Origin: a virus
Virus record (IMG/VR): IMGVR_UViG_3300029822_000002
Location: 66,107 to 94,286 of that record
Direction: 5' to 3' (one strand)
DNA length: 28,180 bases
Shown: one piece after another, positions 1 to 11,180 of the stretch
Layout of the letters: each line of letters opens with the position of its first letter
Position numbering within the stretch: position 1 is the first letter of the stretch
Notes under the pieces: generated by a model
The model's database searches: none
What the model saw: only the letters and a program-made list of their open reading frames with translations
Told to the model about the DNA's origin: nothing
Position numbers and translations under genes: made by a program

Positions 1-2
1 AT

Positions 3-215
3 ATCGATGATTCAACAGCAAAAGATTTTTTAAAAATGTTTAGTTTCATGGAGTGGTGTGGTAATGTTGGAGCTGGTAGATCATTTAAAGCATATTTTGA
101 TGGAGATGGACACTTCAGACCTAAAATTAAAATAGATGGATTTGACATGAAAGAAATTAAATCATTTGATGACGATTGGGACGAAGATACTTTAGATTTA
201 GATTTCGGTGCTTAA
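3..215 (+). CDS. Partial (5'-truncated) hypothetical protein
   Basis: Open frame from the window edge: IDDSTAKDFLKMFSFMEWCGNVGAGRSFKAYFDGDGHFRPKIKIDG...DLDFGA*, TAA at 213-215. Confidence 0.75.
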   Translation: MDDSTAKDFLKMFSFMEWCGNVGAGRSFKAYFDGDGHFRPKIKIDGFDMKEIKSFDDDWDEDTLDLDFGA

Positions 216-292
216 ATAAAAAATAAGAAAATAAAAAAAGATAAAAAATAAAATAATAGAATATATTATATCATAATTCTGCACGTTTTTTG

Positions 293-329
293 AAATGATT
301 GATTATTAAGTTAATCATTTTTTATTTTT
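293..329 (+). terminator. Possible intrinsic terminator
   Basis: AAATGATT...AATCATTT inverted repeat followed by a T-rich run. Confidence 0.35.
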
Positions 330-388
330 AAAAAATTAAAACAATACAATAAAATGATGTATAAATAATAAAAATATATTTTATTATA

Positions 389-1579
389 ATGAGTAAATCG
401 TTTTTATACCAATTTATACCGGAAAAATATTTATACTTAACAAAAGAAAAGAAGATTTTATATAAAAATAATAATTTAAAGACTGATTATCTTATCAATA
501 TTATAAATGAGATAATGATGAAATATTATTTTCATAAAGAAGATTTGATAGATAAAGAAATACATTTTAATATGTGGTCCAGTATACTAAGAAAGAATTA
601 TGGGGCTAAATATAATTATTATATTGATTATTTAGTTGAAAATGATTTTATTTATTTAGTATCAGATTATTATGCGAATAAAAAATCTAGAACATATAAA
701 TTAAACACTAATAATATTTTAAATGTTAAAAAATGTAGAATAGATGATCGATTTATCCTAAAAAAGACATCTAAGGAATTTTTACAAAAATCATTTTTAG
801 AATTAAATAATAGTCCTATACCTGTAAATATAAGAAGAAGATTGGTTGATGATTTATATAAAATAAAAATAGATGGTAATTCATCAATTAAATATATTGA
901 TAATTTAAAAAATAATAAAGAAATATCATATACAAAATATATGAAAAATTATATTAGTATTGAAAATATTTCATATGGTAACATTTTTTTTAAATTCGAT
1001 GAATATGGTAGAATGCATACTAATTTCACTGTTTTAAGAAAACATATAAGACAAAATTTTTTATCAATTGATAATGATATTATTGAAGAAATAGATTTAA
1101 ATAATTCTCAACCATTATTTTTAACAGTTCTTATGAAAGAACAAATGGATATTAAAAATTTAATAAAAAAAGATGTTAGTAGATATATAGAACTTGTACA
1201 AAATGGATTGATATACGAAGAATTAGTAAATAAGTTAGGGCTTACATATAGAGAAGATGCAAAGATCATGATGTATAAAGTATTATTCGGGCAAAATGGA
1301 GATGCTAAAAAAGAAAATAAAATGTTCTATTCATTATTTCCTAATGTATTTAATTTTATAAAAGATTATAAATCAGTCAGTGATAGTTATAAAACATTAA
1401 GTCATGATCTTCAATTACTAGAAAGTGATTTTATATTTAAGAAGGTTGTAAATCACATTTATAATAGTTATGATGATATAGTTATATTTACTATACATGA
1501 TTCTATTGCATATCCACATAAATATAAAAATGAAGTTAAACAAATATTTGATTATTATAAAAGAAATTTAATATCATAA
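389..1579 (+). CDS. Minimal superfamily-A (PolA/T7-RNAP-related) nucleic acid polymerase-like protein, no exonuclease domain
   Basis: Motifs in canonical order: DEYGR (T/DxxGR), EIDLNNSQP (motif A Asp), REDAKIMMYKVLFG (motif B), LQLLES, TIHDSI (motif C). Confidence 0.7.
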   Translation: MSKSFLYQFIPEKYLYLTKEKKILYKNNNLKTDYLINIINEIMMKYYFHKEDLIDKEIHFNMWSSILRKNYGAKYNYYIDYLVENDFIYLVSDYYANKKSRTYKLNTNNILNVKKCRIDDRFILKKTSKEFLQKSFLELNNSPIPVNIRRRLVDDLYKIKIDGNSSIKYIDNLKNNKEISYTKYMKNYISIENISYGNIFFKFDEYGRMHTNFTVLRKHIRQNFLSIDNDIIEEIDLNNSQPLFLTVLMKEQMDIKNLIKKDVSRYIELVQNGLIYEELVNKLGLTYREDAKIMMYKVLFGQNGDAKKENKMFYSLFPNVFNFIKDYKSVSDSYKTLSHDLQLLESDFIFKKVVNHIYNSYDDIVIFTIHDSIAYPHKYKNEVKQIFDYYKRNLIS

Positions 1580-1580
1580 T

Positions 1581-1611
1581 TTTGTATTATAAAAATTTTT
1601 TAATATCTTTG
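1581..1611 (+). promoter_or_regulatory. Bacteroidota-type housekeeping-sigma promoter (-33/-7)
   Basis: TTTG (1581-1584), 19 nt, TATCTTTG (1604-1611), 18 nt before ATG 1630. Confidence 0.7.
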
Positions 1612-1629
1612 TGAATTAAAAACAATAAT

Positions 1630-2742
1630 ATGATTTTTCGCTGGTTAAGATTAATTTTATATAAACCATATTTATTTAATGTTAATAAGTATGGTGATTT
1701 ATTGCGCAAATGTATCATTAAAAATAATGTAAAATTATTCATATCTACTATTAATTTTATTAAAGATGATTATAAGAAGTATAGTTTTAAAATAGATTCT
1801 ATTGATTATATTTTTTCAAGGAAATTAGTTAGAACTGAGATATTAGATTATATTTTAGAAAATACTGATTTAAATGAGTATGATACATATCTATTAAAAA
1901 AATCTATTTATAATTATGATAATTTGAAAATGTATCATAAAATATCAAAATATTTTATAGAAAAATCAGAAAATGTAAAAATAACAATTATTAAAAGTTT
2001 AATATCAGCTTATAATAGGCATGGTAGAAAAAAAATCGAGTATAAAGATGAAATTTATAGATTATATAATACTGATTATATACATTCTATAATGTCAGTT
2101 TATCTTGATGACTTGGTTATAGAATCATGTTTTTATAATGATTTTGAATTAATAATATATTTTATAAATAATTTAAAAGTAAAATTACATGAAGATACAT
2201 TAAGAAGAATATTAATAAAAATTATAAATATTAATAAATTAGATATTATTAAAATAATTTATAAAAAAATTAAAAATATTAAATATAATGATAATTTATT
2301 ATATTCTTGTATTAATAGAAATCATAAACAAATTTTTGATTTTTTTATTGATAAATATAAAAACGAATTAAGTGATGAGTCAATTAATAATAATTTATTA
2401 TTAACAATTCAATTTAATGATATTTATTATTTTGAAAAATTATTAAAAATTGATAAAAATCCATCTATGTTTAAAAATAAATGTTTAAATTATGTAATTA
2501 ATAATATTAAAAATCCATATTTTATCGATTTATTATTAAATCATAAATATTTTAAGTTTGAAAATATTGATAATGTAAATGAAATGATTTTTATATTATT
2601 TGAAAATAAAAATAAATATATAAATATAATTAATAAGATATTAAATAATGAATACATTTTAAGTAAAATTAGTTTAGATGTTAAGAATAGATATATACCA
2701 AATTATAAACCTAAAAAAATAAAAAGAGAATATTATGAATAA
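1630..2742 (+). CDS. Hypothetical protein with degenerate ankyrin-like helical repeats
   Basis: 370 aa ORF; recurring ~30-35 aa units such as SCFYNDFELIIYFI, ININKLDIIKIIY, SCINRNHKQIFDFFI, IQFNDIYYFEKLL. The repeat family call is weak. Confidence 0.5.
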   Translation: MIFRWLRLILYKPYLFNVNKYGDLLRKCIIKNNVKLFISTINFIKDDYKKYSFKIDSIDYIFSRKLVRTEILDYILENTDLNEYDTYLLKKSIYNYDNLKMYHKISKYFIEKSENVKITIIKSLISAYNRHGRKKIEYKDEIYRLYNTDYIHSIMSVYLDDLVIESCFYNDFELIIYFINNLKVKLHEDTLRRILIKIININKLDIIKIIYKKIKNIKYNDNLLYSCINRNHKQIFDFFIDKYKNELSDESINNNLLLTIQFNDIYYFEKLLKIDKNPSMFKNKCLNYVINNIKNPYFIDLLLNHKYFKFENIDNVNEMIFILFENKNKYINIINKILNNEYILSKISLDVKNRYIPNYKPKKIKREYYE

Positions 2743-3838
2743 AAAAGAAATTGAACAAACATTTTTAAAATTAATTGAGTATACTTATATTTATGGTTAT
2801 GAGGATTATGTAAAAGAAAATATATTACCTAGTAATTTAAAAAAAGATCAATTTGGTAATTATTATATAAAAATTGGAGAATCAAAAACTTTATTTACTA
2901 GTCATTTAGATACAGTTGGGAAACAAAAACTTAAAGTAAATTATGAAATTTATGAAAAGGATGGACATAGATTTGTAAAAACTGATGGTAATACAATATT
3001 GGGAGCTGATGATAAAGCAGGTGTAACTATTATGTTAAATATGATAGATAATAATGTACCAGGTCTTTACTATTTTTTAATTGGTGAAGAGACAGGTGGA
3101 GCAGGATCTAGATTGTTAGCTAAGTATATGTTTAATATGTTATCTAATTATGATAGATGTATATCGTTTGATAGAAGAGGTTATGGCTCTATTATAAATA
3201 GACAAGTTGGAAAATGGTGTTGTTCTAATGATTTTGTAAATGGTTTATCAGAAGAATTCAAAAAGAATGGAATGGAATTTAAAGCTGATCCATATGGAGT
3301 AAGAACTGATTCTGCATATTTTATGGCGATTATACCAGAATGTACAAATTTATCAGTTGGATATTTTAATGAACATAAAGTAACAGAAGAACAAGATTTA
3401 GATTATCTTTTAGAATTATGTAATGTTTGTACTAAAATAAATTGGGAATCATTACCTGTTGTTAGAGAACCAGAAAATTTTGATTCAACTGAACCAGAAT
3501 ATGTACAAAAAGTAACAGATTTACCAATGTATAAATTATTTAATATTTTTGATGAAGTATATGATATAATATATGAAGAAGTTAAATTTTTATGTGCTAA
3601 TGATAATTTTTTCAAACCAGAAAAAGAAATGATTTTTTATGATAAGAATGATTTAGAGGAAACTTTAAATTTTATTGCAATTGTTCATTCTGATGGTTCT
3701 ATAACATTAAAGAAAAATGATATAAAAATAAAAATTAAAAATATAGATTCATTGAAGAAAAATAAAAAAAGATTAAAATCTATATTATCATTTAGTCATA
3801 ATTTATATATTGACGAAAAATCTATTAACTATAATTAA
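2735..3838 (+). CDS. M20/M28-family Zn metallopeptidase (paralog 1)
   Basis: SHLDT, LGADDKAG, GEE, FDRRG, TDS, NLSVGYFNEH metal-ligand motifs. Confidence 0.85.
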   Translation: MNKKEIEQTFLKLIEYTYIYGYEDYVKENILPSNLKKDQFGNYYIKIGESKTLFTSHLDTVGKQKLKVNYEIYEKDGHRFVKTDGNTILGADDKAGVTIMLNMIDNNVPGLYYFLIGEETGGAGSRLLAKYMFNMLSNYDRCISFDRRGYGSIINRQVGKWCCSNDFVNGLSEEFKKNGMEFKADPYGVRTDSAYFMAIIPECTNLSVGYFNEHKVTEEQDLDYLLELCNVCTKINWESLPVVREPENFDSTEPEYVQKVTDLPMYKLFNIFDEVYDIIYEEVKFLCANDNFFKPEKEMIFYDKNDLEETLNFIAIVHSDGSITLKKNDIKIKIKNIDSLKKNKKRLKSILSFSHNLYIDEKSINYN

Positions 3839-4608
3839 TGATAACAAAATTTATAAAATATATTAATGAAGGTGTATATATCGATCAATTTAAATTGTTA
3901 TATGATAATGCACCTTCTTTATTAAAAGAAGAAATTGACAAAACTAAAAAAATAGAACAAAATCCATATTGGCATCCAGAAGGAAATACTTATATTCATA
4001 TACAACTAGTGACAAATAGATTACATAATTGTTATAATGATATAAATTTAACACTATCTGGGTTTTTTCATGATTTAGGAAAAACTTATACTACCTACTT
4101 TGATGATAAGAAACAATCTTGGTCAGCACCTGGTCACGAAGATATATCAGTTAAAATATTAAATAAATATTCTAACTGGATTAAAAAAATGGGAGGTGAT
4201 ATAAATATTATAGAGTATGTTATTCAAAATCATATGCGATATAAACATATAGATGAAATGAGATTAAACATACAGAAAAATCTTATAAATCATAAATATT
4301 TTAAATACCTAGAAAAATTTTCAACTGCAGATTATGGTGGTAGTGAATTAGAATGCAAACCAATAAAAGATATTAGTGATATTAAAAATAATATTAAAGA
4401 AAACGAAATAAAGGAAAAAGAAAATAAAATAATATCAGATAAATTTAATGGTAGAATTATTATGAGTAAATATCCACAATTAAAAGGTAAAGAATTGGGA
4501 AATACAATTAACAATTTTAAGAAATATATTGGTGATTTTAGAGAATATGCTTTATTTAATACATCTGATAAAATTTTAAATGATTTTGATAAATTTATCA
4601 ATATGTAA
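3838..4608 (+). CDS. HD-domain phosphohydrolase, of the type attached to CCA-adding enzymes
   Basis: WHPEGNTYIH, FHDLGK, PGHE, NHM, ADY; no nucleotidyltransferase head domain. Confidence 0.8.
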   Translation: MITKFIKYINEGVYIDQFKLLYDNAPSLLKEEIDKTKKIEQNPYWHPEGNTYIHIQLVTNRLHNCYNDINLTLSGFFHDLGKTYTTYFDDKKQSWSAPGHEDISVKILNKYSNWIKKMGGDINIIEYVIQNHMRYKHIDEMRLNIQKNLINHKYFKYLEKFSTADYGGSELECKPIKDISDIKNNIKENEIKEKENKIISDKFNGRIIMSKYPQLKGKELGNTINNFKKYIGDFREYALFNTSDKILNDFDKFINM

Positions 4609-4642
4609 AAATTAATATATAAATAAAAATAATATTTATATT

Positions 4643-5254
4643 ATGTCAAATATATTAAAATTTAATGATTTTCTAAATAAAATAGAAGAAGGTGTAGGTG
4701 ATAAATATCTTAAAAGAAAACATAATATATCAGATGAGTTTGAAGATTTTGAAAAAACATATAACAAATCTAAATTAAAAAAAGATAATATTATAGGTAC
4801 TATCGGGAAAACTAGTATAATAAAAAACCCATCTAATCTAGATAATATAGAATACGGTGTAAGATGCGTAATTACTAAAAATGGTGATTTGTATATATCT
4901 GATAGTATGAGTGATGTTATTCATAATGACATATTATTATTTTTAAAAAACAAAGGCATAATAAGTGAAAGTCATATTAAATGGGAAAATTTAGAAAATA
5001 GAAAACCAAATGAATTTATAACGGTTCAAAGAGTATGGAATAAGGATATTATTGCAATCGGTGAATCTTATATGATACCAAAAAGAGGAGAAGAAAAACA
5101 AAATGCTTTAAATTTATTTGTGCCTTTTTTTAATAATGCAAAAATTAAAAATCCTAATATTAAATTTGTACTATTAACTATAAAAAGCGCAGTTAGAGAA
5201 TATTTAAATGAAAAAGAAATAAGTGACTGGAGAACTAAAGGTTCAGGTTCTTAA
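4643..5254 (+). CDS. Hypothetical protein with CTS-like N-terminus (possible virion protein)
   Basis: 203 aa ORF starting MSNILKFNDFLNKIEE; TTAATATATA box upstream. Confidence 0.7.
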   Translation: MSNILKFNDFLNKIEEGVGDKYLKRKHNISDEFEDFEKTYNKSKLKKDNIIGTIGKTSIIKNPSNLDNIEYGVRCVITKNGDLYISDSMSDVIHNDILLFLKNKGIISESHIKWENLENRKPNEFITVQRVWNKDIIAIGESYMIPKRGEEKQNALNLFVPFFNNAKIKNPNIKFVLLTIKSAVREYLNEKEISDWRTKGSGS

Positions 5255-5284
5255 ACTTTTAATTTTTTTTAAAATATAATTATT

Positions 5285-5812
5285 ATGATATTACCAATTG
5301 TAACATATGGTGATCCTATTTTAAGGAAGAAATGTAATAATGTTAAAGAAATAACAGAAAATATAATTATTCTTATTAATGATATGTTTGATACACTTAA
5401 AAACACAGGTGGAGTAGGGTTATCAGCAAATCAAGTTAATATACCATTAAATATATTTATAGTTAATTATGAGTATAATGATGATTTTATCAGTAAAGTT
5501 TTTATAAATCCTAATATAATTGAATATAGTGATGATAAACAAATTTCAAAAGAAGGATGTTTAAGTTTCCCATCTTTATATGATGATGTATCTAGATCAT
5601 TGAGTATAAAAATTGAATATCAAGACATTGATTTTAATAATAAGGTTGATCATTATTCGGGTGATATTGCCAGAATAATACAACATGAATATGATCATTT
5701 AAAGGGTGTTCTTTTTATAGATAAAATAAATCCATTAAAGAGAAAAATTATAAGTAGTAAATTAAAATCTATTTTAAAAAAGAAAATACATACCAACTAT
5801 TTAATAAAATAA
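5285..5812 (+). CDS. def: Peptide deformylase
   Basis: GVGLSANQV, EGCLS and QHEYDHLKG signature motifs. Confidence 0.95.
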   Translation: MILPIVTYGDPILRKKCNNVKEITENIIILINDMFDTLKNTGGVGLSANQVNIPLNIFIVNYEYNDDFISKVFINPNIIEYSDDKQISKEGCLSFPSLYDDVSRSLSIKIEYQDIDFNNKVDHYSGDIARIIQHEYDHLKGVLFIDKINPLKRKIISSKLKSILKKKIHTNYLIK

Positions 5813-5828
5813 AAATTAATTTTGAATT

Positions 5829-6119
5829 ATGAAAAAGAATTTATCTATTAAAAAAAATGATGTTAAAATTTATGGGATGTCTAATAATGACGCCAATGAA
5901 ACATTAACAAATTTGATTAAAAATTGTGTTGATTTAACACTAAAAAGAACTAAGAGAGATAAAATTGTTAAAAAATTAAAAAACGGAATAGAAGATATTA
6001 GTATACATAATCCTGAAATATATGATGATAATATAAGAGAACAGATATTTTTTTATATGGATTCTGTTTTTAATCAGATGAATTATCAGGAAATCGATAT
6101 TGATGAATTATTTATTTGA
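5829..6119 (+). CDS. Hypothetical protein
   Basis: 96 aa ORF in operon, followed by a terminator. Confidence 0.65.
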   Translation: MKKNLSIKKNDVKIYGMSNNDANETLTNLIKNCVDLTLKRTKRDKIVKKLKNGIEDISIHNPEIYDDNIREQIFFYMDSVFNQMNYQEIDIDELFI

Positions 6120-6123
6120 AAAT

Positions 6124-6151
6124 AAATCCCGATTATTAATCGGGATTTTTT
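6124..6151 (+). terminator. Intrinsic terminator
   Basis: AAATCCCGATT-ATT-AATCGGGATTT stem plus T run. Confidence 0.75.
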
Positions 6152-6179
6152 GTATAATAAAATATTTTTTGTATATTTG
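6149..6179 (+). promoter_or_regulatory. Bacteroidota-type housekeeping-sigma promoter (-33/-7)
   Basis: TTTG (6149-6152), 19 nt, TATATTTG (6172-6179), upstream of ATG 6199. Confidence 0.75.
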
Positions 6180-6198
6180 CATTCTAAATAATAAAATT

Positions 6199-7005
6199 AT
6201 GATAAAATTTATTCCAACAAATTGTCCAGAATGTGATCATAAATTATCGATTATAGAAGGAAAAAATGGAAAGTTAAAATTAATTTGTCCAAATAAAGAT
6301 TGTATTGGTGTTTCTCTTAAAAAATTCCAAAAAGGTATGTCATCTTTTGAAATATCAGGAATTGGTCCAGCTGTTTATACCAAATTATATGAAGCTGGTG
6401 TTAGAAATATTGTTGACTTATTGACTTTTACCAAAGAAGATTATATTAATAGTGGCGTATTTAAAGATGGTAGATCACTAGATAAAATGATGGAATCAAT
6501 ATTATCATTAAAAAATATTAAACTATCTAATATTATTGAATCTTTACAAATTGATGGTATTGGCAATACTATTAGTAAAGAGGTTGAAAAATATATTATG
6601 ACAGGAAAATATAATCCATCTGGTATGGAATATTCGATACGTGAACAAATTGAAAATCCTAATTCTGAATTACATTCAAAGATTAATGAAATTGTTGATA
6701 ATATCGCAAGAATACGTGATGTTAATGTGTTGGGTAATATGGTTGAAGAAAAAATGGAAGATGGTATATCCACAAAAATTATTGAAATGACTGGTTCTCC
6801 TAAAGATTTTGGATTTAATACAAAATCTGATTTCATGGAAGTTATTAGTCCTTTTGGTTTTGTGCAAGGTAGTTTAAATAAAGATTGTAATTTTTTAGTT
6901 ACTGATGATTTATCATCAATGACATCAAAAATGTCAAAGGCTCAAAAATTGGGAGTACAGGTTGTTACTTATGGGCAATTAATTGAAATGTTTAACATTA
7001 AATAG
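6199..7005 (+). CDS. C-terminal half of NAD-dependent DNA ligase (C4 Zn finger, HhH, BRCT) without adenylation/OB domains
   Basis: PTNCPEC...CPNKDC; ISGIGP and IDGIG HhH motifs; MTG...FLVTD...SKMSKAQKLGVQVVTY BRCT. Start moved from 6100 to 6199 because a terminator and a promoter occupy 6124-6179. Confidence 0.8.
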   Translation: MIKFIPTNCPECDHKLSIIEGKNGKLKLICPNKDCIGVSLKKFQKGMSSFEISGIGPAVYTKLYEAGVRNIVDLLTFTKEDYINSGVFKDGRSLDKMMESILSLKNIKLSNIIESLQIDGIGNTISKEVEKYIMTGKYNPSGMEYSIREQIENPNSELHSKINEIVDNIARIRDVNVLGNMVEEKMEDGISTKIIEMTGSPKDFGFNTKSDFMEVISPFGFVQGSLNKDCNFLVTDDLSSMTSKMSKAQKLGVQVVTYGQLIEMFNIK

Positions 7006-7007
7006 AT

Positions 7008-7235
7008 ATGGAAAAGAAATTTGATTATTTAATAATATATCGTTTATTATTTGGTTTATTTAGAATAAAAATACATACTGCGATACCATCAATATCTGAA
7101 GATAAAATGGATTTTTTCAGAAAATACAGAGATGTATATGGTGATAAATATGGTAAAGATAATGTAATTATTGAAATGGTATGGGAAAATGAATCATTTA
7201 ATGGTTCTGGTAAAAGAATTTTTAAATTAAAATAA
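7008..7235 (+). CDS. Hypothetical protein
   Basis: 75 aa ORF tightly packed in operon. Confidence 0.6.
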   Translation: MEKKFDYLIIYRLLFGLFRIKIHTAIPSISEDKMDFFRKYRDVYGDKYGKDNVIIEMVWENESFNGSGKRIFKLK

Positions 7236-7244
7236 GTAAAAATT

Positions 7245-7565
7245 ATGAGTTATAATTTATTTTTAGATGATTGGAAAGTTCCTACTGATTGTAGAAATTA
7301 TAATGGTGATGGATCAATTTATGATACAGAAGAGTTTTTTATCGCTAGGGATTACGATAAGTTTTATGAAATCATAAAAAGAGAAGGAGTTCCAAAATTT
7401 GTATCATTTGATTATGATTTAGGATTATGTCCAAAAGATGGATTAGAATGTGCAAAATTTTTAAAATTCTATTGTGAAGAATTAGGTGTAGATTTTCCTG
7501 AATACAATGTACATTCAAGTTGGCCTGGTATAAAAGGAGAATTTGTAGATATAATTAAAAAATAA
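7245..7565 (+). CDS. Cyclic-phosphate-processing receiver-domain protein
   Basis: LFLDDWKVP, VSFDYDLG, DGLECAKFL, VHSSWPG match the LDDxRxP / SFDHDLG / GxDxAxxL / HSxNPxG pattern with substitutions. Confidence 0.7.
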   Translation: MSYNLFLDDWKVPTDCRNYNGDGSIYDTEEFFIARDYDKFYEIIKREGVPKFVSFDYDLGLCPKDGLECAKFLKFYCEELGVDFPEYNVHSSWPGIKGEFVDIIKK

Positions 7566-7576
7566 AAATAAAAATT

Positions 7577-7834
7577 ATGGTATATTATAAAGTTGAATAT
7601 TTATATTATGAGTATAATAATAATAAAACAAAAAAATCTTTTAAAAAATTTAATATTTTAAATGATGCAAGAAATTTCAAGAAAAAAATAGAAAAATATT
7701 TAATGTATTATAATATGGATGATCTTGATAATAAAATTATCAAATGGGGTGATGATATTTTAGAACAAAAAGGACATTTTACATCGGTTGGTAATATAAT
7801 CGAAGTTAACCATATAGAAAAAATAATTATATGA
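7577..7834 (+). CDS. Hypothetical protein
   Basis: 85 aa ORF; stop overlaps next ATG (ATGA). Confidence 0.65.
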   Translation: MVYYKVEYLYYEYNNNKTKKSFKKFNILNDARNFKKKIEKYLMYYNMDDLDNKIIKWGDDILEQKGHFTSVGNIIEVNHIEKIII

Positions 7835-8352
7835 TATATTTTTATAGGTATTTTTATAAATCATCTATTTTAAAGTGGATTATAAAAATGTTTAATTATT
7901 CTAAAGAAAGAAAATGGTACTCCGTTTATTTTGCCCTTGATATACATGGTGTTATATCTAAACCTGATTATAGAAAAACAATAAAAGAAATAAATTATTA
8001 TCCTTACGCTAAAGAAACATTACAATTATTAAGTAAAAGAGATGATATTGTAATGTTTCTTTTTACATCTTCATATCCAGATGAAATAAATAAATATATG
8101 GATATATTTAAAAAAGATCAAATACATTTTAAATATATTAATGAAAACCCAGAAATATCAGATTCTAATGGTTCATTTGGGTATTATGAAAAGAAACCAT
8201 ATTTTAATGTCTATTTTGAAGATAAAGCAGGATTTAATCCATATATTGATTGGTATCCTATTTATAAATATTTTAAAAAAACTAAATATTTACCTGATAA
8301 ATCATGGAATCATAAATATGTAGAAACATATCATAAATATAATAATTTATAA
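7831..8352 (+). CDS. HAD-superfamily phosphatase-like protein (DxH variant)
   Basis: FALDIHGVI (motif I), LFTSS (II), INENPE, KPYFNVYFEDKAG (III/IV). Confidence 0.7.
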   Translation: MIYFYRYFYKSSILKWIIKMFNYSKERKWYSVYFALDIHGVISKPDYRKTIKEINYYPYAKETLQLLSKRDDIVMFLFTSSYPDEINKYMDIFKKDQIHFKYINENPEISDSNGSFGYYEKKPYFNVYFEDKAGFNPYIDWYPIYKYFKKTKYLPDKSWNHKYVETYHKYNNL

Positions 8353-8387
8353 TTTATATATAAATTAAAAATAACTAATAAAATAAA

Positions 8388-9839
<1,452 letters not shown>

Positions 9840-9849
9840 TAATAAAAGG

Positions 9850-11162
9850 GGTTATCTAACAGTTCAAAAAAATTTACAAAAATTTATAAAAAATTTATAA
9901 AAAATATAAATATGAGCATATAAATTATGTTGAAGTCATTAAAAATTAGATTATATCCAAATAAAAGTCAAGAAAATTATATAGATGATTTGCTTGGTAG
10001 TTATAGGTTTGTATATAATAAATGCTTAAATCTTAAAATAAATGCATATAATGAAGAAAATAAATCACTGGGTTTAAAAGATTTAGGTTATTATTTTCAT
10101 AATGATTTAACTAAAAACTCTGATTTTCAGTGGTTAAATAACCATAACACTAAAGTTTTAAAACAATCAATAATTAATTTATTAGATAGTTATAACAGGT
10201 TTTTTAAAGGAAATGGTTTTCCTAAATATAAATCAAGAAAAGAATTTAAACAAAGTTGTAGATTTCCAGTTGAATCAATTTCTAAGAAAAATATTTTTAC
10301 TGATAATAAAATTTCATTAACTACAAAATTAAAAAATATTAAATTTAAATCATCTAGTAAATATATAAAATACTTAAACGAACATAAAAATAATATTAAA
10401 TCTGCTACACTAACTAAAAATAAATCAGGTAATTATCATTTAAGTGTCTTAATTGATATTAAACCATCAAAATCGTTACCGAAAACAGATCAAGTGTGTG
10501 GATTGGATTTAGGAATTAAGGATTTCATAACTACGTCCGAAGGACAATCTTATGAAAATCTTAAAATTAAAAGATCCAATGAAAGAAAACTTAGAAAACT
10601 TAATCAAAATTTATCAAGAAAACAAAAAGGAAGTAAAAATAAAAATAAATCAAGGATTAAATTAGCTAAATATCATGAAAAATTAAATAACATTAAAGAA
10701 AATTATTTACATTTAATTGTTAACCAAATAATTAACGAAAACCAAGTAATTGTTATGGAAGATTTAAATGTGAAAGGTATGATGAAAAATAAAAATTTAG
10801 CAAAATCAATTCAAGAATTATCATTAAACAGATTTAAAACTATAATGTCTTATAAATCAGAATGGTATGAAAGAGATTTAGTTTTTGTCGATAGATTTTT
10901 TCCTTCAAGTAAAACTTGTAGTTGCTGTGGTTATATAAATAAAGATTTAACATTGAATGATAGAAAATGGATATGTAATCAATGTGGTTCTGTGTTAGAT
11001 AGAGATTTAAACGCCGCAATTAATATTAAAAATGAAGGATTAAAAATAAATAAAGTAGGGCACCGTTTGCCCGATTTAAAGCCTTTGGAGTGTATTGAAT
11101 TGTCAAACACGATGAATTAGGAAATTAAATATTGTCAGATTTTTACAATATTTTTTGAACGG
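9850..11162 (+). mobile_element. Non-autonomous TnpB-only insertion sequence with IS607-like ends
   Basis: GG(TT) present at both junctions (9850-9853, 11161-11164); removing the insert restores a perfect 17-bp hairpin; left-end tandem AAAAATTTAY repeats; GTTCAAAAAA / TTTTTTGAAC inverted subterminal motif; no transposase gene. Confidence 0.8.
9927..11120 (+). CDS. tnpB: RNA-guided endonuclease TnpB
   Basis: KIRLYPN N-terminus; RuvC-I GLDLG, RuvC-II MEDL, CSCCG/CNQCG Zn finger, RuvC-III DRDLNAAINI; catalytic D/E/D intact. Confidence 0.95.
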   Translation: MLKSLKIRLYPNKSQENYIDDLLGSYRFVYNKCLNLKINAYNEENKSLGLKDLGYYFHNDLTKNSDFQWLNNHNTKVLKQSIINLLDSYNRFFKGNGFPKYKSRKEFKQSCRFPVESISKKNIFTDNKISLTTKLKNIKFKSSSKYIKYLNEHKNNIKSATLTKNKSGNYHLSVLIDIKPSKSLPKTDQVCGLDLGIKDFITTSEGQSYENLKIKRSNERKLRKLNQNLSRKQKGSKNKNKSRIKLAKYHEKLNNIKENYLHLIVNQIINENQVIVMEDLNVKGMMKNKNLAKSIQELSLNRFKTIMSYKSEWYERDLVFVDRFFPSSKTCSCCGYINKDLTLNDRKWICNQCGSVLDRDLNAAINIKNEGLKINKVGHRLPDLKPLECIELSNTMN

Positions 11163-11180
11163 TTTAATCTAAATTAAACC
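11040..11180 (+). ncRNA. Putative omega/reRNA of TnpB (scaffold overlapping the tnpB 3' end and right end; guide from the flank)
   Basis: GC-richer hairpins GGGCA..TGCCC and AAATATTGT/ACAATATTT at the expected position; boundaries approximate and inferred from known TnpB architecture. Confidence 0.55.

Noticed and set aside
360-367. T4 late promoter TATAAATA
   Set aside because: Expected by chance at this AT content and not the motif consistently found before the structural genes
5735-5812. Basic C-terminal helix of the deformylase as another RxxKIxxI tag
   Set aside because: Spacing does not match, and deformylases commonly have their own basic C-terminal helix
6100-6198. N-terminal extension of the ligase-like ORF from 6100
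   Set aside because: It spans a terminator hairpin and a consensus promoter; ATG 6199 is the better start
9927-11120. Cas12/CRISPR system
   Set aside because: No repeat-spacer array or cas genes seen; size and ends fit transposon TnpB
9862-11160. DDE-type transposon with terminal inverted repeats
   Set aside because: The inverted motif is offset 10 nt inside the left end, there is no DDE transposase, and the junctions fit a GG core better
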